The notes below the pieces were generated by a model, which saw nothing but the letters and a program-made list of their open reading frames with translations, did not search any database and had not been told where the DNA came from. Below, one piece after another: positions 36,594-45,031 of a stretch of 64,000 bases of DNA (position 1 is the first letter of the stretch; every line of letters begins with the position of its first letter). The DNA lies in the IMG/VR virus record IMGVR_UViG_3300028536_000014, positions 62,001 to 126,000 of that record, one strand, 5' to 3'. A program made the translations under genes and the position numbers.

Positions 36594-37408
36594 CTACCAC
36601 TATAGCTTTCGCTACCAATAAAAAGCGTTCAATGTTTCACTCGTATTGAGTTATTAGCTCAACGTGCTATTATTTACTAACTTTACATGTTTGTGGTCTT
36701 GACTCTTTTAAGCATATAGCTCAGCTTCATCTCGCTAGAGGTTCTATTAGTTACTTGCTAGACTTACACTTGGTCTGATTCTTAAAGATTACTTCCGTCT
36801 GTCGGGAAAGATATGACTCTTTACTCCTAAGATTTCATCTATTCAGAAATAAGACTCTTCGCTTCCCGTCATCACTTTCACGCTGTATTAGGCGCTATTT
36901 AGCTTGTTGCCATTGAGTCTCTACACGTTCTAATCCAATTACCTGTTGTGCACATTTACTGTCACAACGCGGGTATAAACACGGTATATACATCACCGCA
37001 CTCGTTTAACCGATCAGTAATTCAGATTCGTTTCGCTCGGTATTAGCGTAGGATGGACCACTCATTCATTGAAGACTTTTTGTGTTCCCTATAGCTATAA
37101 CCGACTTTGACAACATTCACCAACATCTATATTAAGACATGATCGCCATGGAGACTAGGATTTCTCCGGTATTCCATATAGCTATTATCCATATCCTTCA
37201 GCTTGCTGAAATCACATTTCTCAAAGAAGACTGAGGGTCTGCTATTCAGTAGATGTTTATACGTCCTTTCGGATTGAGTTGTTTTCGCATTTTTAGATGG
37301 GGGTTCTCATACTTCCCCGGCAGCTCAGATTTAGGCTGAGTCCCAAACTTTTACCGTGCCGATTTTACCAACTCATTTTTCGTAGGTGCCCTTACATTAC
37401 ACGGTTAA
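36594..37408 (-). ncRNA. Group I intron, ORF-less (815 nt), paralogous to the tRNA-Leu intron
   Basis: Six shared blocks with 15063-15706; P1 TCT|TTA with TAAGGG; P7 GACTC/GAGTC; terminal G. Confidence 0.85.
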
Positions 37409-37820
37409 AGAAGTATTTCTACTCCCCAGTTCCTCAGGAACTGATGTCCTTTCCTCACCGTAAGTTCTTAAACAATGGACACTTTTGGCTGGTCAAAAAT
37501 TCACTTGTTCGTCAGACCATTATGGCATATACCTCACGATCGCCTGCAATTGAGAACAAGTATAGGAGAGTTTACAGTTCAGGAAGACGCAAAAAGGCGT
37601 CTCTCGTAACTGCTACAGAGGGCGAAAGGTCGACCCCAAACTCACAAACTTTAACAAACTAAAAATCTAAGTTTCGTTCGCACGACATAGGTCACCACGA
37701 CAATTGCGATATGTCGACTATTAAGATGATTCAGGCACGAAACACCACCCTTGACACAAGAGAACCAGATCGTGTTACCGGTTACTCCGTCTGAATTTGA
37801 ATTTATCAATAGCTTTCGCT
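37409..37820 (-). ncRNA. 5-prime exon of the unidentified large structured RNA (5-prime boundary uncertain)
   Basis: No minus-strand ORF; hairpins GGAGTA-GAAA-TACTTC, CAGTTCC/GGAACTG, GACGC/GCGTC, CTTGTTC/GAACAAG. Confidence 0.5.
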
Positions 37821-37847
37821 ACATGATGTATTAACTAACTAAATTTT

Positions 37848-38030
37848 CTATTTCATTAAACGGAAGTAAGAATATTCAGCTAGCATAACTGTTACAGCAA
37901 TGAGTGCTCCAGCTGTTATACATTGACCAATTGTTAAGCTTTGCAGCTTAAATAAAATAGCTGAAAGCAAGAAGATGATTACAACACCTTGTTGGTACAT
38001 CATCAGTTTTCCTTCAATCGTTCGATCCAT
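37848..38030 (-). CDS. Small two-TM membrane protein
   Basis: Two hydrophobic helices. Confidence 0.45.
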   Translation of the reverse strand: MDRTIEGKLMMYQQGVVIIFLLSAILFKLQSLTIGQCITAGALIAVTVMLAEYSYFRLMK

Positions 38031-38085
38031 ATTGAATTATTTACTTTATTATGAAGTAAATGTTTACAATAAGTATCGTTCTAAA

Positions 38086-38547
38086 CTACTGAATCGTGCT
38101 GGGATGGAACTCACGCCCCATGATTTTGGCAACTTTTTCCATTACCAAATCCATACTTTTGTTGGCTTTGACAACTTTTGCTTTGATTCGATTGAAATCT
38201 TCCAGCCGATTCTCTTCTTCGAATTTCTTGCGAGTTGCAGGATCAGTGATGAAATAGATACACGGTCCTTTCATCATGGAAGCTTCCATGCCCTTGCTGA
38301 CGATGTGAGAATTCTGGATCATCTTCTTCGTACACAACACCCTGTTCAGAATCGGTAATGCGTATTTTTCGAGACCATTAACAGAATACTCGTAGTCATA
38401 AGCAAACTTTTCGATCTCTTTGAGAGGATCGGCATCGACAGTGATTGTTTTTCCATCCGATAATCCAATTTCAACATTCATAGAGTTTCCTGATTGATAG
38501 AGAAAGAATATAAACCACCTATGCTCAATTAGAGTATATATAACCAA
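38086..38547 (-). CDS. Hypothetical protein (true start probably MNVEIG)
   Basis: ORF; promoter motif overlaps the annotated 5-prime extension. Confidence 0.5.
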   Translation of the reverse strand: MVIYTLIEHRWFIFFLYQSGNSMNVEIGLSDGKTITVDADPLKEIEKFAYDYEYSVNGLEKYALPILNRVLCTKKMIQNSHIVSKGMEASMMKGPCIYFITDPATRKKFEEENRLEDFNRIKAKVVKANKSMDLVMEKVAKIMGREFHPSTIQ

Positions 38548-38571
38548 AAACTTTTAACAAAGTGATTAGTT

Positions 38572-39051
38572 TTAAATAATGACCTGACTTGCTATTTTCA
38601 CAACATCAACAATCCGTTTTGAAACTGGATTTAAAACTAACGCAAGCATACCCATAGGAGCTATTGATGCGTTTTTATCCATATCAGAACAATCTTGAAA
38701 AGTTTGTCTATGAAAAATACATACCGTACTTGTTAGTACATTTTCACCTTGTGAGTTCATTGTGATAGATGGGAAATGAACAATAATAAAAAATTCATTT
38801 CCAAATCGTTCAACAAGTTCCATATAAAACATGTCTTTTGGAACATCTGAATAAAGTGAAAAAATCATGTTTTTAATACTTTCATAAAGATTAGCTATCC
38901 ACGAACGATAAGCAATACCAGTCATAGTGTTCATAATAAACAAAACGGCTTCATCACCAACATAGGCTTGCTTAGGTTCATTTAGTGATTGTATATTATC
39001 GAAGAAATCCATGATATTATTTCCTATCAGTTCAGACAATAAGGTATTCAT
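38572..39051 (-). CDS. Hypothetical protein
   Basis: 159-aa ORF. Confidence 0.5.
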   Translation of the reverse strand: MNTLLSELIGNNIMDFFDNIQSLNEPKQAYVGDEAVLFIMNTMTGIAYRSWIANLYESIKNMIFSLYSDVPKDMFYMELVERFGNEFFIIVHFPSITMNSQGENVLTSTVCIFHRQTFQDCSDMDKNASIAPMGMLALVLNPVSKRIVDVVKIASQVII

Positions 39052-39111
39052 AACGTTTAAATTAGAGACTCTGGGAATTCCCAGAGTCTCTATGAAATAT
39101 TCAATTAAATG

Positions 39112-39333
39112 TTATTTCTGTTTCCAGTATTTAGCTAGAACAGATTCCATTGCATCATGGATTCGATCTTCTAGTTTCTTCACTTCATCTTCAGTTAAAT
39201 CTAAATCGAACGGAATGGTAACCGAACAATTAACTTTACGAGAATGAATAGAAGTATTGTAGTACGCACCAGGAGTAAGACAAACCTTTTTAGCTCCAAG
39301 TTTATTAGCTACTTTTTGAAATTTCTTAGCCAT
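39112..39333 (-). CDS. Hypothetical protein
   Basis: 73-aa ORF abutting the helicase stop. Confidence 0.5.
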   Translation of the reverse strand: MAKKFQKVANKLGAKKVCLTPGAYYNTSIHSRKVNCSVTIPFDLDLTEDEVKKLEDRIHDAMESVLAKYWKQK

Positions 39334-41355
39334 TTACCATTTCTCCAAAACTGCTGGAGCAAAAGCTATTGTGGATTTAAATGTTTCAAATTCAGGGAAA
39401 CATTCCATTGTTACAACATCATCCTCGTCCAATGTCAGAGGCTGACCAATGATCTTCTCTATTTCTACACGACAAAATTCTAAGATGTCTCCAGAACGTG
39501 TAGAAAGATTAGATTCTTCTCCAGTGTCTAAATAAAAGTTATAGATATAAACCTGTGTATCTTGACCAAGTCTATCGACACGACTAATGGCTTGTTCAAA
39601 AATATAGGGTCGAAAAGGCACATTTAACATTAAACAAACGTTAGCCATAATCAAAGGAACAGCAGTTGAAAGACTAGCATAGGTTGCTAATAGAGGATTT
39701 GCATCCTCATCTTTATCAAACTGTTGGATGATACTCGTTAGATTCTTATTGGTTTCACCATAAACGATCAAAGGTTGATAGCCTTCACCTCTGAGATAAT
39801 GTTCTGCTTTTTTAACAGCATTAACATAAGTACTGAATATCAAGACTTTCTTATCTGCTTCATCAATGAAGTCTTGAAGGTTAACATGAGGTACCATATC
39901 AACGATACATTGTTCTCTCATCTTACCTAAAATTCGACCAAGAGCTTCACCATTTATTTTTAACAAAACATATTTAATAACAGTTCTGGCATTCTTGAAA
40001 GGTTCTTTAATGTGCTGTGGAAGTGTTTGAATAATAGTTTTTAATTCAAACTGATTACAAAACTTTGCCATTTCTTTATGAGCAACTGGATCATATCCTT
40101 TCCTAATGATCGAAATATAACTCTTGTAAATATCAAAGTTATGTTTTAATTCTTTTGTTTTAATTGTTTTATCAAAAAGTGAAAGCGATGTATTATAAGT
40201 ATTCTCATACTCTTTCATATGTTTTTGATAAAATTCAATTCGTTCTGCAATAAACGCTTTCAGAACGATCTTTACTTTCGAAAGCGTATAAATATCACCA
40301 TTTGGTATTTTAACTTTGACATCTTTGGAGATAGGTTCTTCACCTTGACGAAATTGAGCTTTAGTTGTCAAATGTATAATCATTCCAACTCGATGACTCA
40401 GAATGTCAACAGCACGACTCGTTGATTTACCAAAAATGTCAGTGAATCGTTGTTGAGCATCATCATTGAAATACGGATCAATAGATCGAAGTAGAGGAAT
40501 AACTTCACGCCCCATCGCTTTGATAGGTGTTCCAGAAGCATAGATTACGTTATTTGAATGAAGTACATCAACTAGTTTCATAAACAACTGAGACCGTTCT
40601 GATGTGGGTTCATTCAAATTATGACTTTCGTCCAACCAGAGCATTGGTTTGAAAAAATGATTCTTCTTAACAAACTCAATGGCATCAATAAGACGTTCAT
40701 AATGGAAAGCATAATTTCGACAATGTTTCGGTGGTTCTTCATCCGAAGAAGAAACCCAATAACTTGTTTTCTTTTTATAAGCTTCTTCAAACGTTTTTTT
40801 CCACACTAAGTCAATTGAGTTCTTAGGAACGATAATGATATTAACATCACTGTCTAAAAGTTCTCCTAGAAACAAAGACATCATTGTCTTACCACTACCA
40901 GGGGCTGCTGCTAAAAGATAACCTTTTAGATGGAATTTCTGAGTACTTTCTTCATAATCGTTAAAGAACTCAGTTTGATGTTCTAATGGATCAAACATAA
41001 ACTTCTTTAACTTATCTCGATCTAAAATAGCAAGAGTAGGTTCAGTAGAAGCAATGAACCATGTATTTTGTTTCAGAAGTTCAATCGTCTTCTGAATGAC
41101 TCTAACATTAACCCCTCTGGGCTTTTGTTCTGCCATTACCGAGAAACTATAAACTAAATCAGGTACAAAAAACTTATTAAACGATAAAGAAGAATGATTG
41201 GTATGAGTAAAAATATTATCACCAATTTTTGATGTTTTCCAAATATTGTAAAATGCATTAATGATAGGAGCTGTAGATATTCCTTCAATATGTACAAGGT
41301 CGTCTTTTTCGTAGACCTTAACTGCCCCCAGCAGACGTCTAAGATAAGACTCCAT
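39334..41355 (-). CDS. SF2 (SNF2/DEAD-like) helicase
   Basis: Q motif PLEHQ, Walker A AAPGSGKT, DESH, SGTP, VLIFS, QAISRVDRLGQ. Confidence 0.88.
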   Translation of the reverse strand: MESYLRRLLGAVKVYEKDDLVHIEGISTAPIINAFYNIWKTSKIGDNIFTHTNHSSLSFNKFFVPDLVYSFSVMAEQKPRGVNVRVIQKTIELLKQNTWFIASTEPTLAILDRDKLKKFMFDPLEHQTEFFNDYEESTQKFHLKGYLLAAAPGSGKTMMSLFLGELLDSDVNIIIVPKNSIDLVWKKTFEEAYKKKTSYWVSSSDEEPPKHCRNYAFHYERLIDAIEFVKKNHFFKPMLWLDESHNLNEPTSERSQLFMKLVDVLHSNNVIYASGTPIKAMGREVIPLLRSIDPYFNDDAQQRFTDIFGKSTSRAVDILSHRVGMIIHLTTKAQFRQGEEPISKDVKVKIPNGDIYTLSKVKIVLKAFIAERIEFYQKHMKEYENTYNTSLSLFDKTIKTKELKHNFDIYKSYISIIRKGYDPVAHKEMAKFCNQFELKTIIQTLPQHIKEPFKNARTVIKYVLLKINGEALGRILGKMREQCIVDMVPHVNLQDFIDEADKKVLIFSTYVNAVKKAEHYLRGEGYQPLIVYGETNKNLTSIIQQFDKDEDANPLLATYASLSTAVPLIMANVCLMLNVPFRPYIFEQAISRVDRLGQDTQVYIYNFYLDTGEESNLSTRSGDILEFCRVEIEKIIGQPLTLDEDDVVTMECFPEFETFKSTIAFAPAVLEKW

Positions 41356-41444
41356 AATTAATTCTCTAAGTTAGTTTTAGATACTCAAAGGATCATACGT
41401 TCTAGGAATTAACCTAGAACGTATGATTGTGTTTTGTTTAATGA

Positions 41445-41783
41445 TTAACCGATGATGAGCCAGCTGGTTCCATCACAACGCAGAGTGGCTTTAGAGCCAG
41501 CTGTATTGCCAACGATTGCAGTGCTGTTCGAACCGCCAGCAAGTGGTTTGACATTGGCTGATGCACTGTTCACAGCAAAGGCGGCTTGAGTGATCACCTT
41601 CAGAACACGATTGTTATTGGTCGATGGCGTTGGCAGAGTCAGGACACAAGTAGCGGCAGCTGTAACGATGATCGTTCCGTCATCGGGACCGACAGTATAA
41701 GCTGCGGCAGTGATCTTGACGAGCGTATCGGTTTCTGCTGTTTGGACATCAGCAGGAGTAAGTTTCTTGGAACTGAAAGACAT
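41445..41783 (-). CDS. Small beta-rich protein, possibly virion-associated
   Basis: A/T/V-rich, YTV...D.TIIV.A....LTLP. Confidence 0.5.
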   Translation of the reverse strand: MSFSSKKLTPADVQTAETDTLVKITAAAYTVGPDDGTIIVTAAATCVLTLPTPSTNNNRVLKVITQAAFAVNSASANVKPLAGGSNSTAIVGNTAGSKATLRCDGTSWLIIG

Positions 41784-41832
41784 GTGAGGGTTTCCTTGAA
41801 CGTTATTTAAAAAGTTGAGTAAATGACAAAAG

Positions 41833-42192
41833 TCAGTTTTTCAGCAAATAACATTCACGACCAATCTTGACGACTCCATTAGAATCCGGAACCGTGAACG
41901 TCATCTGATCTAGAAAAACTATTTCCTCTGAAGGAGGTATTTTAATAGCACCACTAATTGTTTTTCCAATTATACCACAATCCACTTTTTGTTTATAAGT
42001 AAAAGTAATTGTGTCAGATGGAGCAACCGATTGAATAAGAGACGGAATCACTACTGGAGTTTTAACTGGAGTAACAGGTGTAGGAACCGTTGTTTTGGTA
42101 GATGGCGTTGCAGCACTAGATGAATGTCCTGGACAAGCAGTCACAAGTGCTAAAACGATCAGAGAAATGGAAAAATAAAAAAGAGCTTTCAT
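41833..42192 (-). CDS. Putative lipoprotein
   Basis: Signal peptide ending LVTAC, then a P/T-rich linker. Confidence 0.55.
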   Translation of the reverse strand: MKALFYFSISLIVLALVTACPGHSSSAATPSTKTTVPTPVTPVKTPVVIPSLIQSVAPSDTITFTYKQKVDCGIIGKTISGAIKIPPSEEIVFLDQMTFTVPDSNGVVKIGRECYLLKN

Positions 42193-42201
42193 GATATCTT
42201 C

Positions 42202-42591
42202 CTATATTTTCGTGTACCGATAACCACCCGATTGTGTTTTATATACAATCGGAGTTTTGATTCCTGATGGATAAAGTTCAACTTTGATATTAGACGTCAA
42301 AGAAGAATGAGCTGCTTGGAGTTTATTGATATAAAGTCGAACATCACGATAATAGTCTTGCATCGCGATATCTGATTGTTCCAAAGTGTAATAAGTTTGA
42401 ACAACCATTTTATAGTTGTCAAGATGATAATATCGAAGTCGATTTGTTTTAGCGTCCATCAATTCAACGATGTAACTCATCTCTGGATGGAAAACAAAAC
42501 TAATTTGTCTGAGATCTCTAGTTTTAAAGGAAAGATGCGCTTGCGTTAACAAATCACTTAAAGAATAGAGATCTTGGAGTTCAAGACTCAT
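42202..42591 (-). CDS. Hypothetical protein
   Basis: 129-aa ORF. Confidence 0.5.
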   Translation of the reverse strand: MSLELQDLYSLSDLLTQAHLSFKTRDLRQISFVFHPEMSYIVELMDAKTNRLRYYHLDNYKMVVQTYYTLEQSDIAMQDYYRDVRLYINKLQAAHSSLTSNIKVELYPSGIKTPIVYKTQSGGYRYTKI

Positions 42592-42600
42592 AGGTTGTTA

Positions 42601-42933
42601 TTAAGGTGTGTATGTAATGATCAAAGTCCACTTCTGGGATCCACCAATACTATCATGCGGACTCTGAACATTGTTGTTGCAATCAGCAGTTGTCCAACCT
42701 GCATCAATCCACGCACCAATAATAGTAGAAATTTCTATAGCATTGAGATATCCTGAAGAAACAAAGATATATTTCAATGTCATTCCAGCAGTTTGATCTG
42801 CTACTGTTATTTTGTTATTAGCAGCAACATAAACAGGATCGAGCATATTGGCATCAATCTGATTGAACTGATCCTGAACATCATCACGAACAGCTTGACC
42901 ATTGTTACCAATCTCATTGGGTGGCATTGCCAT
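42601..42933 (-). CDS. Distant member of the AGW family
   Basis: M...P.E....AWIDAGWT.....W.L.I. Confidence 0.5.
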   Translation of the reverse strand: MAMPPNEIGNNGQAVRDDVQDQFNQIDANMLDPVYVAANNKITVADQTAGMTLKYIFVSSGYLNAIEISTIIGAWIDAGWTTADCNNNVQSPHDSIGGSQKWTLIITYTP

Positions 42934-42949
42934 TACACTTTACTCCTAA

Positions 42950-43333
42950 TCAAAAAGTGGTAAGTAGAAAACTGGTCTTTATCTTGATATGACGTTCTTG
43001 AGGAATTGTTTTTGCATGAATCGTATTACCATCAAGAAGTTCTACAAATGTGAAAGGAAGAACTTTATCTCCATCTTGAATCATGTTATTCATTTTAAGA
43101 TGAAAAAGTTCTTCCTCAATCGCATCTGACGAATGATTACTTAGAGATACTTCTTTAATGATGGATTTATTTGTATGGTCATCATCAGATTTTGAAATAA
43201 TGAAATAATCTCGTCCTTTAATCAAAGGAAAATAATCAGCATTGTTGTTAAAATTAAATAACGGCGTATAAACGATACAACGTTGGTCAAGACTTTTCAT
43301 ACACCCCTCTTTTTTAATATGAATCGGCATCAA
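42950..43333 (-). CDS. Hypothetical protein
   Basis: 127-aa ORF. Confidence 0.45.
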   Translation of the reverse strand: MMPIHIKKEGCMKSLDQRCIVYTPLFNFNNNADYFPLIKGRDYFIISKSDDDHTNKSIIKEVSLSNHSSDAIEEELFHLKMNNMIQDGDKVLPFTFVELLDGNTIHAKTIPQERHIKIKTSFLLTTF

Positions 43334-43399
43334 AAGATACTCTATCCGCCTAATAAAAAGGCGGATAGAGATTTTGTTTTATTAATCAACAAAATAAGG

Positions 43400-45019
43400 T
43401 TAGAATCCATCTAAATAATTTACTAATTCCCACTGTCCACCATTAATCGTAGCATCATATTCTAAGATTACTTTAGATTTCTTTCCGCTAGCAATGATAG
43501 CTGGAGAAATAAAAGTACTGGATGTGGGTACTACGATAGCTGCATCTAACGTCAGATTTCGTGCACCACCAGAAGCTGTAACCCAAATATTCAATTGAAC
43601 ACCATCAGCTGGACTAGAAGGTGGTGCTAATATCACATCGCCTGTTGCTATAATGCGACTATGCGTGTTTTGACTACCGTCTAATGTAACGGTAGATGCA
43701 TAAATTACACTACCGTAAGGTGTTGCAGGAACACCCAACATAGTTTGAACTTGCGTTGGAGTTAGGTCAAAAGTAAATGCAGTACTTCCTGTATTATTGC
43801 CTTTGATTGTATTCGAGGCACTTTGGATATCAGACGATTCCCAACGTTCCCAAACCGTTCCGTTATTGACAACTTTGTCATTCACAGCAAACGTAATGGA
43901 GCCAGCACCAAAATCATAAGATCCAGCAACCGTCACTTCGTAAAGATGACCTCCAACTCCTGTATCTGTGTTAGCTAATGTTGGAGTGTTCGTTGATGCG
44001 TTATATGTTCCAATATATTCTATCGGATTAGGAATCGCAGCAATTGCTGTACTGATTGCTGTATCTGTCTGAGTGTTAGTATAAACATCCGTAATTCCAA
44101 AACCAGAGACTGTAGTAGGTTTACTAGCTAAAGCACTCCAGCTTGTAGCAAGTGTTGCAACTGAAGAACCCCAAGCTCCAGCGGTTTTTTGACCATAAAG
44201 ATCACCGGTTGTTGTATCGATATAAACATCGCTATTATTACCAGTTCCGGAACTAGGAGCACCGCTACCTGTAATAACAGTACCACCTTGAACTCCTTGG
44301 ATACCTTGAGGACCTCTGATATTACCAGTAACAGAACCCCAGCTAGTAGTTTTGGGTCCATAAACATCACCATTAGTACCGTTAAGATAGAAATCATTAA
44401 CGAGACCAACAGAACCTGATGGTGCACCAGATCCGATACGCCAGATTGATCCAGCGGTTCCTTTCATTACAAGGATCTGAGCACCCCAAGTTCCACTGAC
44501 TTTCTTATACAGATAACCATTAGTAGTATTGATGTAATAATCACCATTGATACCATTACTGTCATTTGGTGCGATTGTACCTTGATAAATCGTACTACCT
44601 GCAGTACCTGCAACACCTTGTGGGCCTATCAATGAGTTCAAGAAATCAGTTTGAGTACCAGTATTACCATTATCTAACCAACTTTGGTAAGCGGATTCAC
44701 CAGTTGCACCGATCAAAGAAGTTAGAAACTCTGATTCGTTTCCAACGTTCCCATTAGCTAACCATTCTTGGTAAGCAGACTGTCCAGTAGCTCCAACTAG
44801 ACTATTTAAAAAATCTGTTTGATTTCCACTATGACCATTAGAAATCCAGACATCGTAAGCAGATGCACCTGCTGCACCAGCTTCGCCATCATGTCCATAG
44901 ATCGCCGTGATCGGAACACGCGCATTACGATCACTAATATTCTGAGCGTTGGGATTAAAGATAGGAACATATTCAGCACCTGTCAGAATAGACAGAATTG
45001 GCATAACTGAAATTTTCAT
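43400..45019 (-). CDS. Tail fibre-like protein with collagen-like and SAYxxW repeats
   Basis: Three G.SAY..W..NG..G....FL.SL.G repeats, G.GAP....G...D.Y...TG..Y repeats, GPQG triplets. Confidence 0.7.
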   Translation of the reverse strand: MKISVMPILSILTGAEYVPIFNPNAQNISDRNARVPITAIYGHDGEAGAAGASAYDVWISNGHSGNQTDFLNSLVGATGQSAYQEWLANGNVGNESEFLTSLIGATGESAYQSWLDNGNTGTQTDFLNSLIGPQGVAGTAGSTIYQGTIAPNDSNGINGDYYINTTNGYLYKKVSGTWGAQILVMKGTAGSIWRIGSGAPSGSVGLVNDFYLNGTNGDVYGPKTTSWGSVTGNIRGPQGIQGVQGGTVITGSGAPSSGTGNNSDVYIDTTTGDLYGQKTAGAWGSSVATLATSWSALASKPTTVSGFGITDVYTNTQTDTAISTAIAAIPNPIEYIGTYNASTNTPTLANTDTGVGGHLYEVTVAGSYDFGAGSITFAVNDKVVNNGTVWERWESSDIQSASNTIKGNNTGSTAFTFDLTPTQVQTMLGVPATPYGSVIYASTVTLDGSQNTHSRIIATGDVILAPPSSPADGVQLNIWVTASGGARNLTLDAAIVVPTSSTFISPAIIASGKKSKVILEYDATINGGQWELVNYLDGF

Positions 45020-45031
45020 AAAGTGTGTTCC

